Assembly: GCA_963764165.1 (NCBI GenBank)
Contig: CAVXRD010000002.1
Coordinates: forward strand, 2,880,001 to 2,944,000
Direction: 5' to 3'
Origin: an uncultured Verrucomicrobiae bacterium
GTDB taxonomy: Bacteria; Verrucomicrobiota; Verrucomicrobiia; Limisphaerales; Palsa-1400
Length of the DNA stretch: 64,000 nt
Shown here: positions 1 to 9,534 of the stretch, piece after piece
Position numbering within the stretch: the stretch's first letter is position 1
How the letters are laid out: each line of letters opens with the position of its first letter
Position numbers and translations under genes: made by a program
Notes under the pieces: generated by a model
What the model was told of the DNA's origin: nothing
Seen by the model: the letters and a program-made list of their open reading frames with translations, nothing else
Databases searched by the model: none

Positions 1-174
1 TTTGATCGCGACCCAGACCATCCCTCATTACGGTTCAAGAAACTTCGCGGACGGGATGATCTTTGGTCAGTCCGAGTCAACGAACAATATCGGGCTGTTG
101 GAGTGCGATCGGGCGAAACGATTCAGTGGATATGGATCGGCGCACACAATGAATTTGACAACCTTTTCTCATAA
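1..174 (+). CDS. RelE/ParE-like toxin, C-terminal part (truncated by window edge)
   Basis: Frame +1 (not in ORF track) reads FDRDPDHPSLRFKKLRGRDDLWSVRVNEQYRAVGVRSGETIQWIWIGAHNEFDNLFS*; HPSLxFKK...WSVRV...YRA...WxWIGxH is typical of ParE/RelE-like toxins. Confidence 0.75.
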   Translation, partial: FDRDPDHPSLRFKKLRGRDDLWSVRVNEQYRAVGVRSGETIQWIWIGAHNEFDNLFS

Positions 175-304
175 ACTTCCTTCGACGGCGATAAGAGGTT
201 AGTTATGAATCTGTCCGGGAAAAAAGCAAATGACAGACGCCGCAATGTGTGATTATGTTTGATGATCCCTCTTCCTGTCAAACAACTTATGAAGTCCTCG
301 ATAA

Positions 305-499
305 CTACTTGTCGAAAAACGAGTCGCTCCGTCGGCGCTTCAAGTAACTTCTAATACACCGCAAAATAAAAATTACAATTAAGATAATAGGCAATACAAA
401 GATCCACGAACTAATGCCAAACAGTCTGCCAAACAACCGCGCGGAAAAGACAATCAACGCAATCGTTCCAACAATAAATCCTAGTTCAAAGATAGTCAT
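305..499 (-). CDS. small membrane protein (64 aa, two hydrophobic helices)
   Basis: AT-rich ORF with two TM-like segments and a basic C-terminus. Confidence 0.45.
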   Translation of the reverse strand: MTIFELGFIVGTIALIVFSARLFGRLFGISSWIFVLPIILIVIFILRCIRSYLKRRRSDSFFDK

Positions 500-880
500 T
501 CACATCTGATGGGTTTATCACTATGAATTTAGAGGCATCCGCCAATTCCCCCTTCGGAAAAATTTCTTCGACACTCTCTGCGAGCGCGCTCACGATTTTC
601 CGCGCCTGCTCCGGCGTGGTGCAATACGGCGGCATGATGACAATCACCTTCCCAACAGGGCGCGTCAGCACGCCACGCCGGGCCATCGCATCGCACACGC
701 GGATGCCTGCGCGCTCGCGCAAGTCGAAGGGCTGGCGGGTTTTCCAGTTCTTGACAAGCTCGACGCCTGCGACCAATCCCACTTGCCAGATGTCGCCTGC
801 GTTCCGCAGCGCCCACAATGTTTGCAGCGCTTCGTCCAGCGCCTTCTCCATTCTCCAATCTCTGGGCGGACACGCGGCAA
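486..880 (-). pseudogene. bioA: C-terminal fragment of BioA-like class III aminotransferase
   Basis: GDIWQVGLVAGVELVK...GVLTRPVGKVIVIMPPY matches the BioA C-terminus; no N-terminal/PLP-lysine region; 7-bp tandem duplication (TTCTCCA x2, 844-857) shifts the frame; REP element directly upstream. Confidence 0.65.
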
Positions 881-885
881 ATCAA

Positions 886-1009
886 GGCAGGGCGGGCCTC
901 TGTCGGGCGCTGATGAAGCTTTTCTGCCGATTTGGGAGATCCTATCCCCGAAACCTCAAAATCCAAAATGGGCTCCAGCGAAAGTTCCGCTCCCGCGTCT
1001 CGCCCTGCC
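886..1009. repeat. degenerate REPIN-like inverted repeat (GGCAGGGCG...CGCCCTGCC family)
   Basis: ggcagggcggg at 886 and ctcgccctgcc ending 1009; related half-site cggctcggctggagcctcgccctacct at 41994-42020. Confidence 0.5.
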
Positions 1010-1017
1010 GCAATGGG

Positions 1018-3861
1018 TTATTGCGCCGATCCTGTGGCGCCGCCCGCCGGAGCGGCTGGGGCAGGAGCGTTGAAATCGCCCGCCACGACTACCGTCAGTT
1101 TTTTCGGATCGATGTGTTTGCGCAGGGCGGCGGCGATGTCCTCCACTTTCAGGTTCTCGATTTTTTTGTCGAGTTCCGCGTCGTGGGCCATCGTGCGGTT
1201 GAGCTGGCGCAGGTTTCCGAGCATGCCGACGAGCGCTTGATCGGATGTGCGGCCGACAAGGCGGGCTTGCAAATAACCTTGCTTGGCTTTGTCCAATTCT
1301 TCCGCTGTCACGCCATCTTTCAGCAACCGATCCAATTCCTCTTTCACGTCCGTTTCGACGCGGGGCATGTTGTGCGGATTGCTGATGGCGGTGATGCTGA
1401 GTTCGCCGCGCGGCTCCCAGGCCGATGCGCTGAACGCTGAACTGACGCCGTAGGTCAGGCCGTCTTTCTGCCGAATGCGGTCGCCCAGGCGCGAGGAGAG
1501 CGTGCCTGCGCCGAGAATATAATTGCCGATAAGCATGGCCGGATAATCCGGATCATCGTCGCGCATCGGGAACATGATGCCGGCGCTGTATTGGGCGTTG
1601 GCTTTGTCGGGGGTGTCGATGCTCTGGCGGGTTCCCATTTCGGCGGCGATCAGCGGCATCGGGATGCGGGCGTAGGGCTTGGCTGCCTTCCAGCCTGACA
1701 GCATTTCTTTCAATTTCGCAAGGCACGGGTCGGGGTCGAAGTCGCCGACGATGGTCAAATCGCCATCCTGCGAACCGAGGTATTCGTTGTAAAGCTGGAC
1801 GACTTGTTCGTAGGTCGTCTTTTGCAAACGCTCGATGGATTCGTCCGTGGTGGGCATGTAACGAATATCATCCTTCGGATAGGGGTTCAGGAGGCGTCCC
1901 AAAGCTTGCGGCGCGAGCATGGCGGGCTCCGTTTTGCTCTGCTCGAGGCGGGCAATGCGTTCGCGCTTCACTAACTCAAACTGCTCGGCTGGCAGCAGCG
2001 GCTCGCGCAAAACCTGCTGCAGCAAATCCAAAACCTCCGGCAGCGTATCGTGCTTGGCTTGAATGGAAAAAGTTATCGCGCCGCGTGCGCCGCCTCCACC
2101 GCCGCCGCCGCGCCGGCCGCCCCCACGACCGCCCCTCCCACCACCGCCGCCCGTGCTGAGGTTCGCGCCGAGGTCATCCAATTTATCGCGGAACTCCTGA
2201 TAACTCAGCTTCTTGGTGCCGTGCATCATCAGTTCCGGCAGGAAGCCCGCCGCGGATTCCATGTCCTTCAAATTCTCCTCGTTGCCATAATGGAGCGTCA
2301 GCGCCAGATGGACTTCCTGGTTGCGTGATTTCTTTTCCAACAAGGTCGCCTTGATGCCTTCCGGCAAGTCCATGCGATGCACGCGCGATTCGATGTTTTC
2401 CGGCGTGGACTCGAACGCTTCGCCTTCCGCCATCGCCGAGCGGCCTTTGTAATCGGCCACCATTTTCGCCACGTCCGGCACTGGCGGAATGGGGACCTTT
2501 TCGGATTTGTCCGTCGGGATGAACAGGCCGACCGTGCGGTTATCGCGCACAAGATATTTCGCCGCTGCCGCCTTCACGGACTCCGGAGTGACTTGTTCGA
2601 TGCGGTCGCGCTGGAGGAAATAAAGGCGCCAATCGCCCTGCGCAAACCATTCGCTGAGCGAAACGCCCATTTGACTTGTTTCGGCGGAGGCCCGTTCGCG
2701 CTGTTTGAGAATTTGCTTTTTCGCGCGATTCACTTCTTCCGCGGTAACTCCGTTTTGGGCGATTCCTTCCGTGGTCGAAATCAGCAATTCCTTCGCTTCG
2801 TCGAGAGAATTTTCCTTTGGCACTTCCGCTTCCACTTCAAACAAGCCCGGGTCATGTTCACCCCGTGAAGAGGCTCCGGCGCTGGAAGCCTTCTTGGATT
2901 CCACCAACGCCTTGTAGAGGCGGCCCGAAGGCTGGCTGGTCAATATATTGGCCAGCACTTGCAGCGACGCTGTTTCTTCCTCCGGCCCGGCGGGCATGTG
3001 GTAAGCGATATCCACCATGCCGACATCGCCGATGCGGCGCAGCACCACTGTGCGCTCGCCTTCCTGCGGTGGCTCCTCAGTGTATGTGGTGGGCAGCTTG
3101 CGGGTGGGCTTCGGAATCGCGCCAAAGTACTTCTGCACGTAATCAAGCGCCTTGTTCTGGTCAAATTTTCCGGCGACGATCAGGACGCAATTGTCCGGCT
3201 GATAATACTTTTTGTAAAATTCGCGCAAATTCTCGACCGGCACATGTTCGATATCGGTCTTGTTGCCGATGGTGGGCTTGCCGTAATTATGCCAATTGTA
3301 GGCGGTCGACGTGACCAACTTGTTGAGCACGCCGCCGGGCGAATTTTCGCCGCGCTCGAACTCATTGCGCACGACCGTCATTTCCGAGGCGAGATCTTCG
3401 CCCTTGATGTAGCTGTTGACCATGCGGTCGGCTTCCATGTCGATGGCGAAGTCCAGATTCTCGTCGCTGGCGGCCATCGTCTCGAAGTAATTCACGCGAT
3501 CATTCGAGGTGCTGCCATTGAATTGCGCGCCGTGATCCTGCAATTCCTTGGGAATCTTCGGGTGGCGCGGCGTGCCCTTGAAAAGCATGTGTTCGAGCAA
3601 GTGGGCCATGCCGGTCTCGCCGTAGCCTTCCTGGCGCGAGCCGACCAGCGCCGTCAAATTCACGGTGACCTTCGACTGCGAATTATCCGGGTAAAGAAGG
3701 AAGCGAAAGCCGTTGTCGAGTTGATACTCGGTGATGCCTTCGACCGTGGCGACAATCTTGGGAGACGAGTCTCCGGCGCGGGCGCTGGGGGACGTTGAAA
3801 TCACGCAAACCGCAGCCGTCGCCGCGCACAAACCAGGAAGAATACGAGTTAGAGCATTCAT
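1018..3861 (-). CDS. M16 family (pitrilysin/insulinase) zinc protease, exported
   Basis: Signal peptide; GMAHLLEHMLFKGT (HxxEH); two M16 halves; Gly/Arg-rich insert. Confidence 0.92.
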   Translation of the reverse strand: MNALTRILPGLCAATAAVCVISTSPSARAGDSSPKIVATVEGITEYQLDNGFRFLLYPDNSQSKVTVNLTALVGSRQEGYGETGMAHLLEHMLFKGTPRHPKIPKELQDHGAQFNGSTSNDRVNYFETMAASDENLDFAIDMEADRMVNSYIKGEDLASEMTVVRNEFERGENSPGGVLNKLVTSTAYNWHNYGKPTIGNKTDIEHVPVENLREFYKKYYQPDNCVLIVAGKFDQNKALDYVQKYFGAIPKPTRKLPTTYTEEPPQEGERTVVLRRIGDVGMVDIAYHMPAGPEEETASLQVLANILTSQPSGRLYKALVESKKASSAGASSRGEHDPGLFEVEAEVPKENSLDEAKELLISTTEGIAQNGVTAEEVNRAKKQILKQRERASAETSQMGVSLSEWFAQGDWRLYFLQRDRIEQVTPESVKAAAAKYLVRDNRTVGLFIPTDKSEKVPIPPVPDVAKMVADYKGRSAMAEGEAFESTPENIESRVHRMDLPEGIKATLLEKKSRNQEVHLALTLHYGNEENLKDMESAAGFLPELMMHGTKKLSYQEFRDKLDDLGANLSTGGGGGRGGRGGGRRGGGGGGGARGAITFSIQAKHDTLPEVLDLLQQVLREPLLPAEQFELVKRERIARLEQSKTEPAMLAPQALGRLLNPYPKDDIRYMPTTDESIERLQKTTYEQVVQLYNEYLGSQDGDLTIVGDFDPDPCLAKLKEMLSGWKAAKPYARIPMPLIAAEMGTRQSIDTPDKANAQYSAGIMFPMRDDDPDYPAMLIGNYILGAGTLSSRLGDRIRQKDGLTYGVSSAFSASAWEPRGELSITAISNPHNMPRVETDVKEELDRLLKDGVTAEELDKAKQGYLQARLVGRTSDQALVGMLGNLRQLNRTMAHDAELDKKIENLKVEDIAAALRKHIDPKKLTVVVAGDFNAPAPAAPAGGATGSAQ

Positions 3862-3908
3862 AACAAATCAGGCCATTGGTTATTTTGGGAGTCCGAAGGA
3901 CGGGGCTC

Positions 3909-3936
3909 ATCGTAGCGGGGATAATGGGGGCGTCAA
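3909..3936 (-). promoter_or_regulatory. sigma70-like promoter for the M16 protease
   Basis: TTGACG-N16-TACGAT on minus strand. Confidence 0.4.
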
Positions 3937-4277
3937 TGCTATTCAATGGCCTGCGATGGGAAAGATGAGAGGAAGGAAGCATGGGACTAATGGGGAAGCG
4001 TGGGCGAAAAAATAATTCCCAATATTCCCATTCCTTCCATTCCCCACCCTGCACCACAAAGTTACGTCTTCGCGACTTGCGAGGGGCTGCGCGGGCGGTG
4101 TTGGGCTGCAAGTTTCGCAAGACTCTTAACCACAATATATTATGCGCCAGGCAGGCCATGTCTGAATCCAGCATAAACCTGTCCGAAATCAGGAGGCTTC
4201 GCCTGAACAGCCTTTGTTATGTTCAACGTCTCGCACGAACTGCGATTTAGCATAACGAACTCATCAAACATAAAAAA

Positions 4278-5510
4278 ATGAAAGCACCCAAAATCCTGTT
4301 GGCGGGTTTACTCGCCCTTTCGACAGCGGGCGTTGCCAAAGCGCAGACGACTCTGCACCTCACCGGCTCCACCGCATTCCGCTCGGCTGTGCAAACAGCG
4401 ATCCTGCACATCCTCCAGCCCGGCTACAGTGTCGCGTTTGTGGGAAGCTCCTACACGGGGGCAAGCGAAGCCATCATTTCCGGCACGACCATCAGCAACA
4501 TCAACGGCTCCCCGGCGCCCGTGATCATCAAGACGTATTGGTCTGGATCGCTGGCTGGCATCGAAACCGTCTCGCAGCAGATTCCGCTGGCGAACTTCCT
4601 TGCCAACACCAACTCGACCTCCGGCGGCACCACCACCGCTGTCTCCAACCCCGGCTTTGATTCGGCGGACATTCCTGAAGTTTGCATGTCAGACGGTTTC
4701 CAGCTCACCTCTCAATACGCCCCGCCGCAATATGCGGCCTTGTCCCACCAAAACGTGGGCGCGGTCAGCTTCAAGTTCATCAAGAATAAAAGCGCTCCCG
4801 CTGGCATCACGAACATGACCCCGTTGCTGGCCCAGGCCCTCTGGCACAACGGCAGCCTCCCGCTGTCGATGTGGACTGGCAATGCCGGTGACGCGTCGAC
4901 GATTGTTTATGCCACCGGCCGCGACCCGGATTCCGGCACGCGCAAGACCGCCTTTCTGGAAAGCGGCGTTCAATCATTCGCTTCGTCATTGGCGACCGTG
5001 ACGGTTCTGCAATACGCTCCGAGCAATTCCACCGGCTTGGTCACTGCCAAAAACCCTGGAACCATTACCTCCCAAGGTCCGTGGGCTCCCGAAACGGTTG
5101 ACAACATCGCGTTCAGCCGCGGCAACGCCGGCTACTCCAGCGGCGGCGACCTCGCCACAGCCATGGGCCAGACTTCCCCCTATATTTATCTGACCTACTT
5201 GGGCCTGTCTGACACGGTGACCGCGGAAGGTCTTGGCGCGGCGGAATTGACCTACAATGGCGTTCCCTACAGCCATGCCGCCGCCGAAAACGGCCAGTAT
5301 ACATTCTGGACCATTGAGCAAATGGACTGGCTCCCCACTGGAACCGGCCCGATCACGGCTAATCAACTGCAATTGGCTCAAATCCTGGCCTACCAGATCG
5401 CCAATGAGAACCTGACTGGCGTCGGTGAATCGCTCACCTCCATGACAGTGACCCGTTCGCAAGAAGGCGGCCCCGTGACGCCCGGCACAATCACGACCAC
5501 GACGCCTTGA
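4278..5510 (+). CDS. exported PstS/DING-like substrate-binding protein
   Basis: Signal peptide (AKA); TGSTAF near N-terminus and GRDPDSGTR, resembling the GST and R-x-D-x-SGT phosphate-binding motifs of PstS-type proteins. Confidence 0.65.
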   Translation: MKAPKILLAGLLALSTAGVAKAQTTLHLTGSTAFRSAVQTAILHILQPGYSVAFVGSSYTGASEAIISGTTISNINGSPAPVIIKTYWSGSLAGIETVSQQIPLANFLANTNSTSGGTTTAVSNPGFDSADIPEVCMSDGFQLTSQYAPPQYAALSHQNVGAVSFKFIKNKSAPAGITNMTPLLAQALWHNGSLPLSMWTGNAGDASTIVYATGRDPDSGTRKTAFLESGVQSFASSLATVTVLQYAPSNSTGLVTAKNPGTITSQGPWAPETVDNIAFSRGNAGYSSGGDLATAMGQTSPYIYLTYLGLSDTVTAEGLGAAELTYNGVPYSHAAAENGQYTFWTIEQMDWLPTGTGPITANQLQLAQILAYQIANENLTGVGESLTSMTVTRSQEGGPVTPGTITTTTP

Positions 5511-5533
5511 TCGGCGCGAGGCAAACGAACTGG

Positions 5534-5559
5534 TCCGCCCGGCCATTGAGGCCGGCGGG
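5534..5559 (+). other. intercistronic GC hairpin
   Basis: ccgcccggcc-attga-ggccggcgg between two co-oriented genes. Confidence 0.4.
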
Positions 5560-5587
5560 TTGACACCAAAATCTAAAGTGATCATAT

Positions 5588-6580
5588 ATGAAATTAAAAC
5601 TTAACAGGACGGCAGGTTTGCTGTTGTCCGCCGTCGGCGTCGTTGCCCTCTTGGGCAGCGCGCAGGCAACTCCCTCCACGTTCAAGGACAACGATGGCGA
5701 CCTGATGCTCGTCTTTCGCAAGACCGGTTTCGATGGCTCAGGGGATGTGGGTTCCTACGTCTACGAAGTCGACATCGGCTCGGCCTCCATCTACACCAGC
5801 GCCTCGCCCGGCTCTTCCATTCCGGTCGCCGCCTACAGCGCGGCGAACCTGAACACGCTGTTTGACAGCTTGAACGACTTCAGTTGGTCGGTCAGCGGCT
5901 GCATTCCGAACTACGGCGGCGCTGGCGTCGCGAGCTCCTTGTGGGTGACAGACCCGCGTTCGGTGCCGTCTTCCGCGTCGAACCCGTGGCAGCGCCAGGG
6001 CGCCTATACCCAGGGCGGAGCGGCGGCTTACATCGAATCGATCTTGTCCGGCGCGGCGACGTATGCCGCCGGCACGACCAATTCGACCTACAACACTTCG
6101 ACGGCATTGGCCATTCCGTATGCCAACGGGAACAGCGCCAACGGCTATCTCGGCGCGGTCGGAAATTTCGATGGAAATTTCCAGGGCGACGTCGAAAACA
6201 CGACCGATGCAACGTTTACGACCGACGGGTTGCCGTCGCGTTCGGATCTCTACGAACTCGTTCCCGGCAGCGGGGCGGGAGTGAATCTCGGATATTTTGA
6301 ATTGTCGACCAATGGCGCGCTGACGTTCTATGCCGCGGGAGGCACGGAATCGTATCCGGCTCCGACCCTGACGGTGACAGTGACCGCTGGGACAGCGAAC
6401 ATCTCCTTCGCCTCGACGGCAGGGGGAACGTATACGCTGTTCTATACCACCGCCGCCGGCCTGAGTTCGCCGGTCTCGGCCTGGTCAACAGGTGGCACCA
6501 TGGTCGGTGATGGCACTGTAAAGACATTCCAGCAGCCCGCGACCGGGGCCGGAACGTTTTACGTTGTGGGCGTGCATTGA
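5588..6580 (+). CDS. secreted Ser/Thr/Gly-rich protein with C-terminal beta domain ending FYVVGVH
   Basis: Signal peptide (AQA); DLMLVFRK...YEVDIG body resembles PEP-CTERM-type passengers; no PEP-CTERM tail. Confidence 0.7.
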   Translation: MKLKLNRTAGLLLSAVGVVALLGSAQATPSTFKDNDGDLMLVFRKTGFDGSGDVGSYVYEVDIGSASIYTSASPGSSIPVAAYSAANLNTLFDSLNDFSWSVSGCIPNYGGAGVASSLWVTDPRSVPSSASNPWQRQGAYTQGGAAAYIESILSGAATYAAGTTNSTYNTSTALAIPYANGNSANGYLGAVGNFDGNFQGDVENTTDATFTTDGLPSRSDLYELVPGSGAGVNLGYFELSTNGALTFYAAGGTESYPAPTLTVTVTAGTANISFASTAGGTYTLFYTTAAGLSSPVSAWSTGGTMVGDGTVKTFQQPATGAGTFYVVGVH

Positions 6581-6603
6581 CGCGCAATTCTCATACTCGA
6601 CAA

Positions 6604-6647
6604 GGCGGGCCTTGCGCCAATCGGGGCAAGGCCCGCCCGTTTGTTTG
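6604..6647 (+). terminator. rho-independent terminator
   Basis: ggcgggccttgc-gccaatcggg-gcaaggcccgcc followed by cgtttgtttg. Confidence 0.65.
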
Positions 6648-6648
6648 A

Positions 6649-6704
6649 TTGTCACCTGCTTGTAACAATCCCACCCTTGATTTGACGTGAACCGCCGCTA
6701 ATCT
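6649..6704 (+). promoter_or_regulatory. Pho-box-like direct repeat and promoter upstream of the porin
   Basis: TTGTCAC-CTGC-TTGTAAC (6649-6666, 11-bp period) followed by TTGATT-N16-TAATCT. Confidence 0.45.
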
Positions 6705-6713
6705 CCCCTCTCG

Positions 6714-8300
6714 ATGCGCAACCAAACCCAACCGCTCCCGCAACGCACGCCTCGCGCGCTGGCGAATTTATTTCTAGGCATCTTTTGCACCGCTTCTGTT
6801 TCGATTTTTGGCCAGACCAATGCCGTGACGCACAACGACCCTCTGGTTGACCTGCTCATCAAGAAAGGCTTTGTCACCGTGGAAGAAGCGCAGGCGCTGC
6901 GCACGGAATCCGATGCGGTTAAAACAAATTCCGCCAATACCGCCTCCTTCTCCAAATGGCGCATCAGCGATGGCGTGAAGACGGTTGAACTTTATGGCGA
7001 CGTTCGCATGCGCTACGAGAGCCGCGACGTGCGCACCGAAGATGGCGGGAGGGTGGACTTGGACCGCTATCGCTATGCCGTGCGCATCGGGCTGCGCGGC
7101 GACCTGGCGGACGATTTTTACTATGGCTTGCGGGTGGAGACTGCGTCGAATCCGCGCTCGCCGTGGGTGACGTTTGGTACCTCCACCTCCACCAGCGGGG
7201 GCATTTATAATGGGCCGTTCGGGAAAGGCAATAATGGCGTTGGAATCGGGCTTGTTTACCTGGGCTGGAAACCGAATAGCAATATCGACCTCCAAGTTGG
7301 CAAAATCAGCAACCCGCTTTATACGACGCCGATGGTGTGGGATTCCGACCTCAATCCGGAAGGCGCCGCCGAGCGCTTCCACTATCAAATCGGACCGGCG
7401 GATTTCTTCGCGAATTTTGCGCAGTTCATCTACCTGGACGACAACCCCGGCACGAATACGGCTGGTCTTCTCGGCATCAATGACACGGGGCGCAACGGCA
7501 ACACGCCGTTCATGATGGCTTGGCAGGGCGGGTTGAAATACACGTTCAACAAGGATGTCAATTTCAAGGTCGCCGGAACGCTCTACAATTACCTCGGCCA
7601 CGGAACAAACAACTCCGGGGTCGGCCCGTATCCCGGCAGTCCTGGATTCTCGGATATATATGTCGGCGAAGGCACGGCAATCCCGGTCGCTGGCGCCAGC
7701 GGGTATCCGAACTCCGCCGGCACAGATGGCTTTTCTTACAACCAAACCGGAATCAATAACTTGCTCGTGTTGGAATTTCCATTTGAAGTGAACTTCAGGC
7801 TGTGGAAGGAGCGCGCCCGAATCTTCGGCGACTTTGCCGAAAACCTCGATGGCTCTGCGCGCGCGGAGGCTGCCGTCGCGGCCGCCGCCGATTCAACGAT
7901 CTATCCCCAGGCGCTGCACATTCCGCTCCAGCGCGATCAATACAAGGCTTATCAGTTCGGCGTGGCGATCAATAACAGCGACGACTTCGGCCTCAATTAC
8001 GGGACCAGGTCGCAAAAGGGCGCCTGGGAAGCGCGCTTTTACTGGCAGCACATCGAGCAATACGCCTTGGATCCCAACTTGCTTGACTCGGATTTCTTTG
8101 AAGGGCGCGGCAACATGCAGGGCTTCTACGCCGCATTGAGCTACGGCATCACCAGCGCCATGATTGGCACGGTTCGCTACGGCTACGCCAGCCGCATCGA
8201 CAGCAAACTCGGCACCGGCGGCAGCAACCAGGACGTCCCATGGGTCAACCCGATCACTCAATACAACTTGCTCCAGTTGGACCTGACGATGAAGTTTTAG
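6714..8300 (+). CDS. putative outer-membrane porin (Porin_5-like)
   Basis: LVDLLIKKG helix, GDVRMRYE, RYRYAVRIG, VWDSDLNPEG, DSDF, C-terminal LQLDLTMKF with terminal Phe. Confidence 0.85.
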   Translation: MRNQTQPLPQRTPRALANLFLGIFCTASVSIFGQTNAVTHNDPLVDLLIKKGFVTVEEAQALRTESDAVKTNSANTASFSKWRISDGVKTVELYGDVRMRYESRDVRTEDGGRVDLDRYRYAVRIGLRGDLADDFYYGLRVETASNPRSPWVTFGTSTSTSGGIYNGPFGKGNNGVGIGLVYLGWKPNSNIDLQVGKISNPLYTTPMVWDSDLNPEGAAERFHYQIGPADFFANFAQFIYLDDNPGTNTAGLLGINDTGRNGNTPFMMAWQGGLKYTFNKDVNFKVAGTLYNYLGHGTNNSGVGPYPGSPGFSDIYVGEGTAIPVAGASGYPNSAGTDGFSYNQTGINNLLVLEFPFEVNFRLWKERARIFGDFAENLDGSARAEAAVAAAADSTIYPQALHIPLQRDQYKAYQFGVAINNSDDFGLNYGTRSQKGAWEARFYWQHIEQYALDPNLLDSDFFEGRGNMQGFYAALSYGITSAMIGTVRYGYASRIDSKLGTGGSNQDVPWVNPITQYNLLQLDLTMKF

Positions 8301-8359
8301 GGCCGCGTCCCATTCGACCCATTCGTCCTATACGAATCAAGGCGGCGAGCCGCCTGCGG

Positions 8360-9220
8360 TCAATCGCTCGCGCGCTGGAATTCCACGGCATGGCCGTGCC
8401 AGATCATTCCTAATCTGTCCGCCGGAACAAGAGCCTTGCCGGAATTTGGATTCCAGATTTCCAGCACATCGCCCAAGCGCTTCGCGTAAACCACCGCATG
8501 CGTATCGCCCGAAATAAACAGCATCGCCGGCGGATGCACCGTCTCAATGCCGTTCGTCGCGTCGAGCTTCTTTCCGATGATTCCAATTTTTTTCATCCCC
8601 CCGATGGCCTGCGCGGGAAATGTGCCGTCGCGGGTGGTGTGGAACAGCGCGACCAATTCTTTTTCTGTCGTATGAATTCCCAGGATGGCCGCAATATTGG
8701 CCGCCGAGGCAGGCACGCACGTGTAGGCGCTGGTTTGCAGAATGACGCCATCTGGAGAAATCCGGGTGTCCGCCAGCGGAGGCAGATTGGGCCGCGACAC
8801 CCACGCCGCGTAACATTGGATGAACACGAGAACCGCGACACCGAAAACCGCCGGCGCGCTTCTCGCCCGATTCGCCATCGCCAATGCAGCGGATGAACAG
8901 AATCCAAAAACATACGCGAGCAATCCGCTAATCGTTCCCCACGACAGCGCAGCCCAATGCAATTGGAGCCAAACCGGCATGTCCCACTGAATATCCGGAT
9001 GGACTCCGACGTAAACATTCGCGTAAGACACCGCCAGCAGCAACGGCAGCAGGACAAACAAATGCGCCGTCCCGCCCACCAAGGCTTGCATGGAGGCGGA
9101 CGGGCTTTGCCTTCGCCGCCGTCGGCAAACCATCACACCTCCCGCCCAGCAAAGGAGGATGCCCACCCACTGCCAAATATATTCTGACGCGTTCGTGCCA
9201 GACAGTAGCACCATGTGCAT
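8360..9220 (-). CDS. membrane-anchored C39-like cysteine peptidase
   Basis: About four N-terminal TM helices, then LQTSAYTCVPAS (Q...C), HAVV and WNP catalytic pattern; GAGGTGG RBS. Confidence 0.7.
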   Translation of the reverse strand: MHMVLLSGTNASEYIWQWVGILLCWAGGVMVCRRRRRQSPSASMQALVGGTAHLFVLLPLLLAVSYANVYVGVHPDIQWDMPVWLQLHWAALSWGTISGLLAYVFGFCSSAALAMANRARSAPAVFGVAVLVFIQCYAAWVSRPNLPPLADTRISPDGVILQTSAYTCVPASAANIAAILGIHTTEKELVALFHTTRDGTFPAQAIGGMKKIGIIGKKLDATNGIETVHPPAMLFISGDTHAVVYAKRLGDVLEIWNPNSGKALVPADRLGMIWHGHAVEFQRASD

Positions 9221-9274
9221 ACCACCTCAAACAGGAGCATGCCCCATACGGTGGCGGCACGGCCTTTTGATCTG

Positions 9275-9373
9275 AATTTGAACAGGAGGAAGACCGAGGG
9301 CGCAGAGGAAAAGGCCCTTTTCCCACAGACGTCTTTTCATCTCTGCGCCATCTATCTTTCTCCTGTTCAAATT
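9275..9373. repeat. inverted repeat element with purine-rich periodic arms
   Basis: aatttgaacaggag...ctcctgttcaaatt, with inner gcgcagag/ctctgcgc. Confidence 0.6.
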
Positions 9374-9534
9374 TTTCGGCGATGGTGTTCGATTTTGAAT
9401 TGGCGTCGGCAGGGCACTGCGGCATTCTTATTGATGAGGCGGTTAAATCCGCTCAGGACGCGAGTAAAGACTTCAATCATGGCCGCCGCGAAATAAACGA
9501 AAGAACTGAGCACTCAGCTTTTAGCCGACTTTAA

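Noticed and set aside
2..202. 66-aa ORF in the track
   Set aside because: The overlapping frame +1 (1-174) gives a recognisable ParE/RelE-like protein; this frame has no motif
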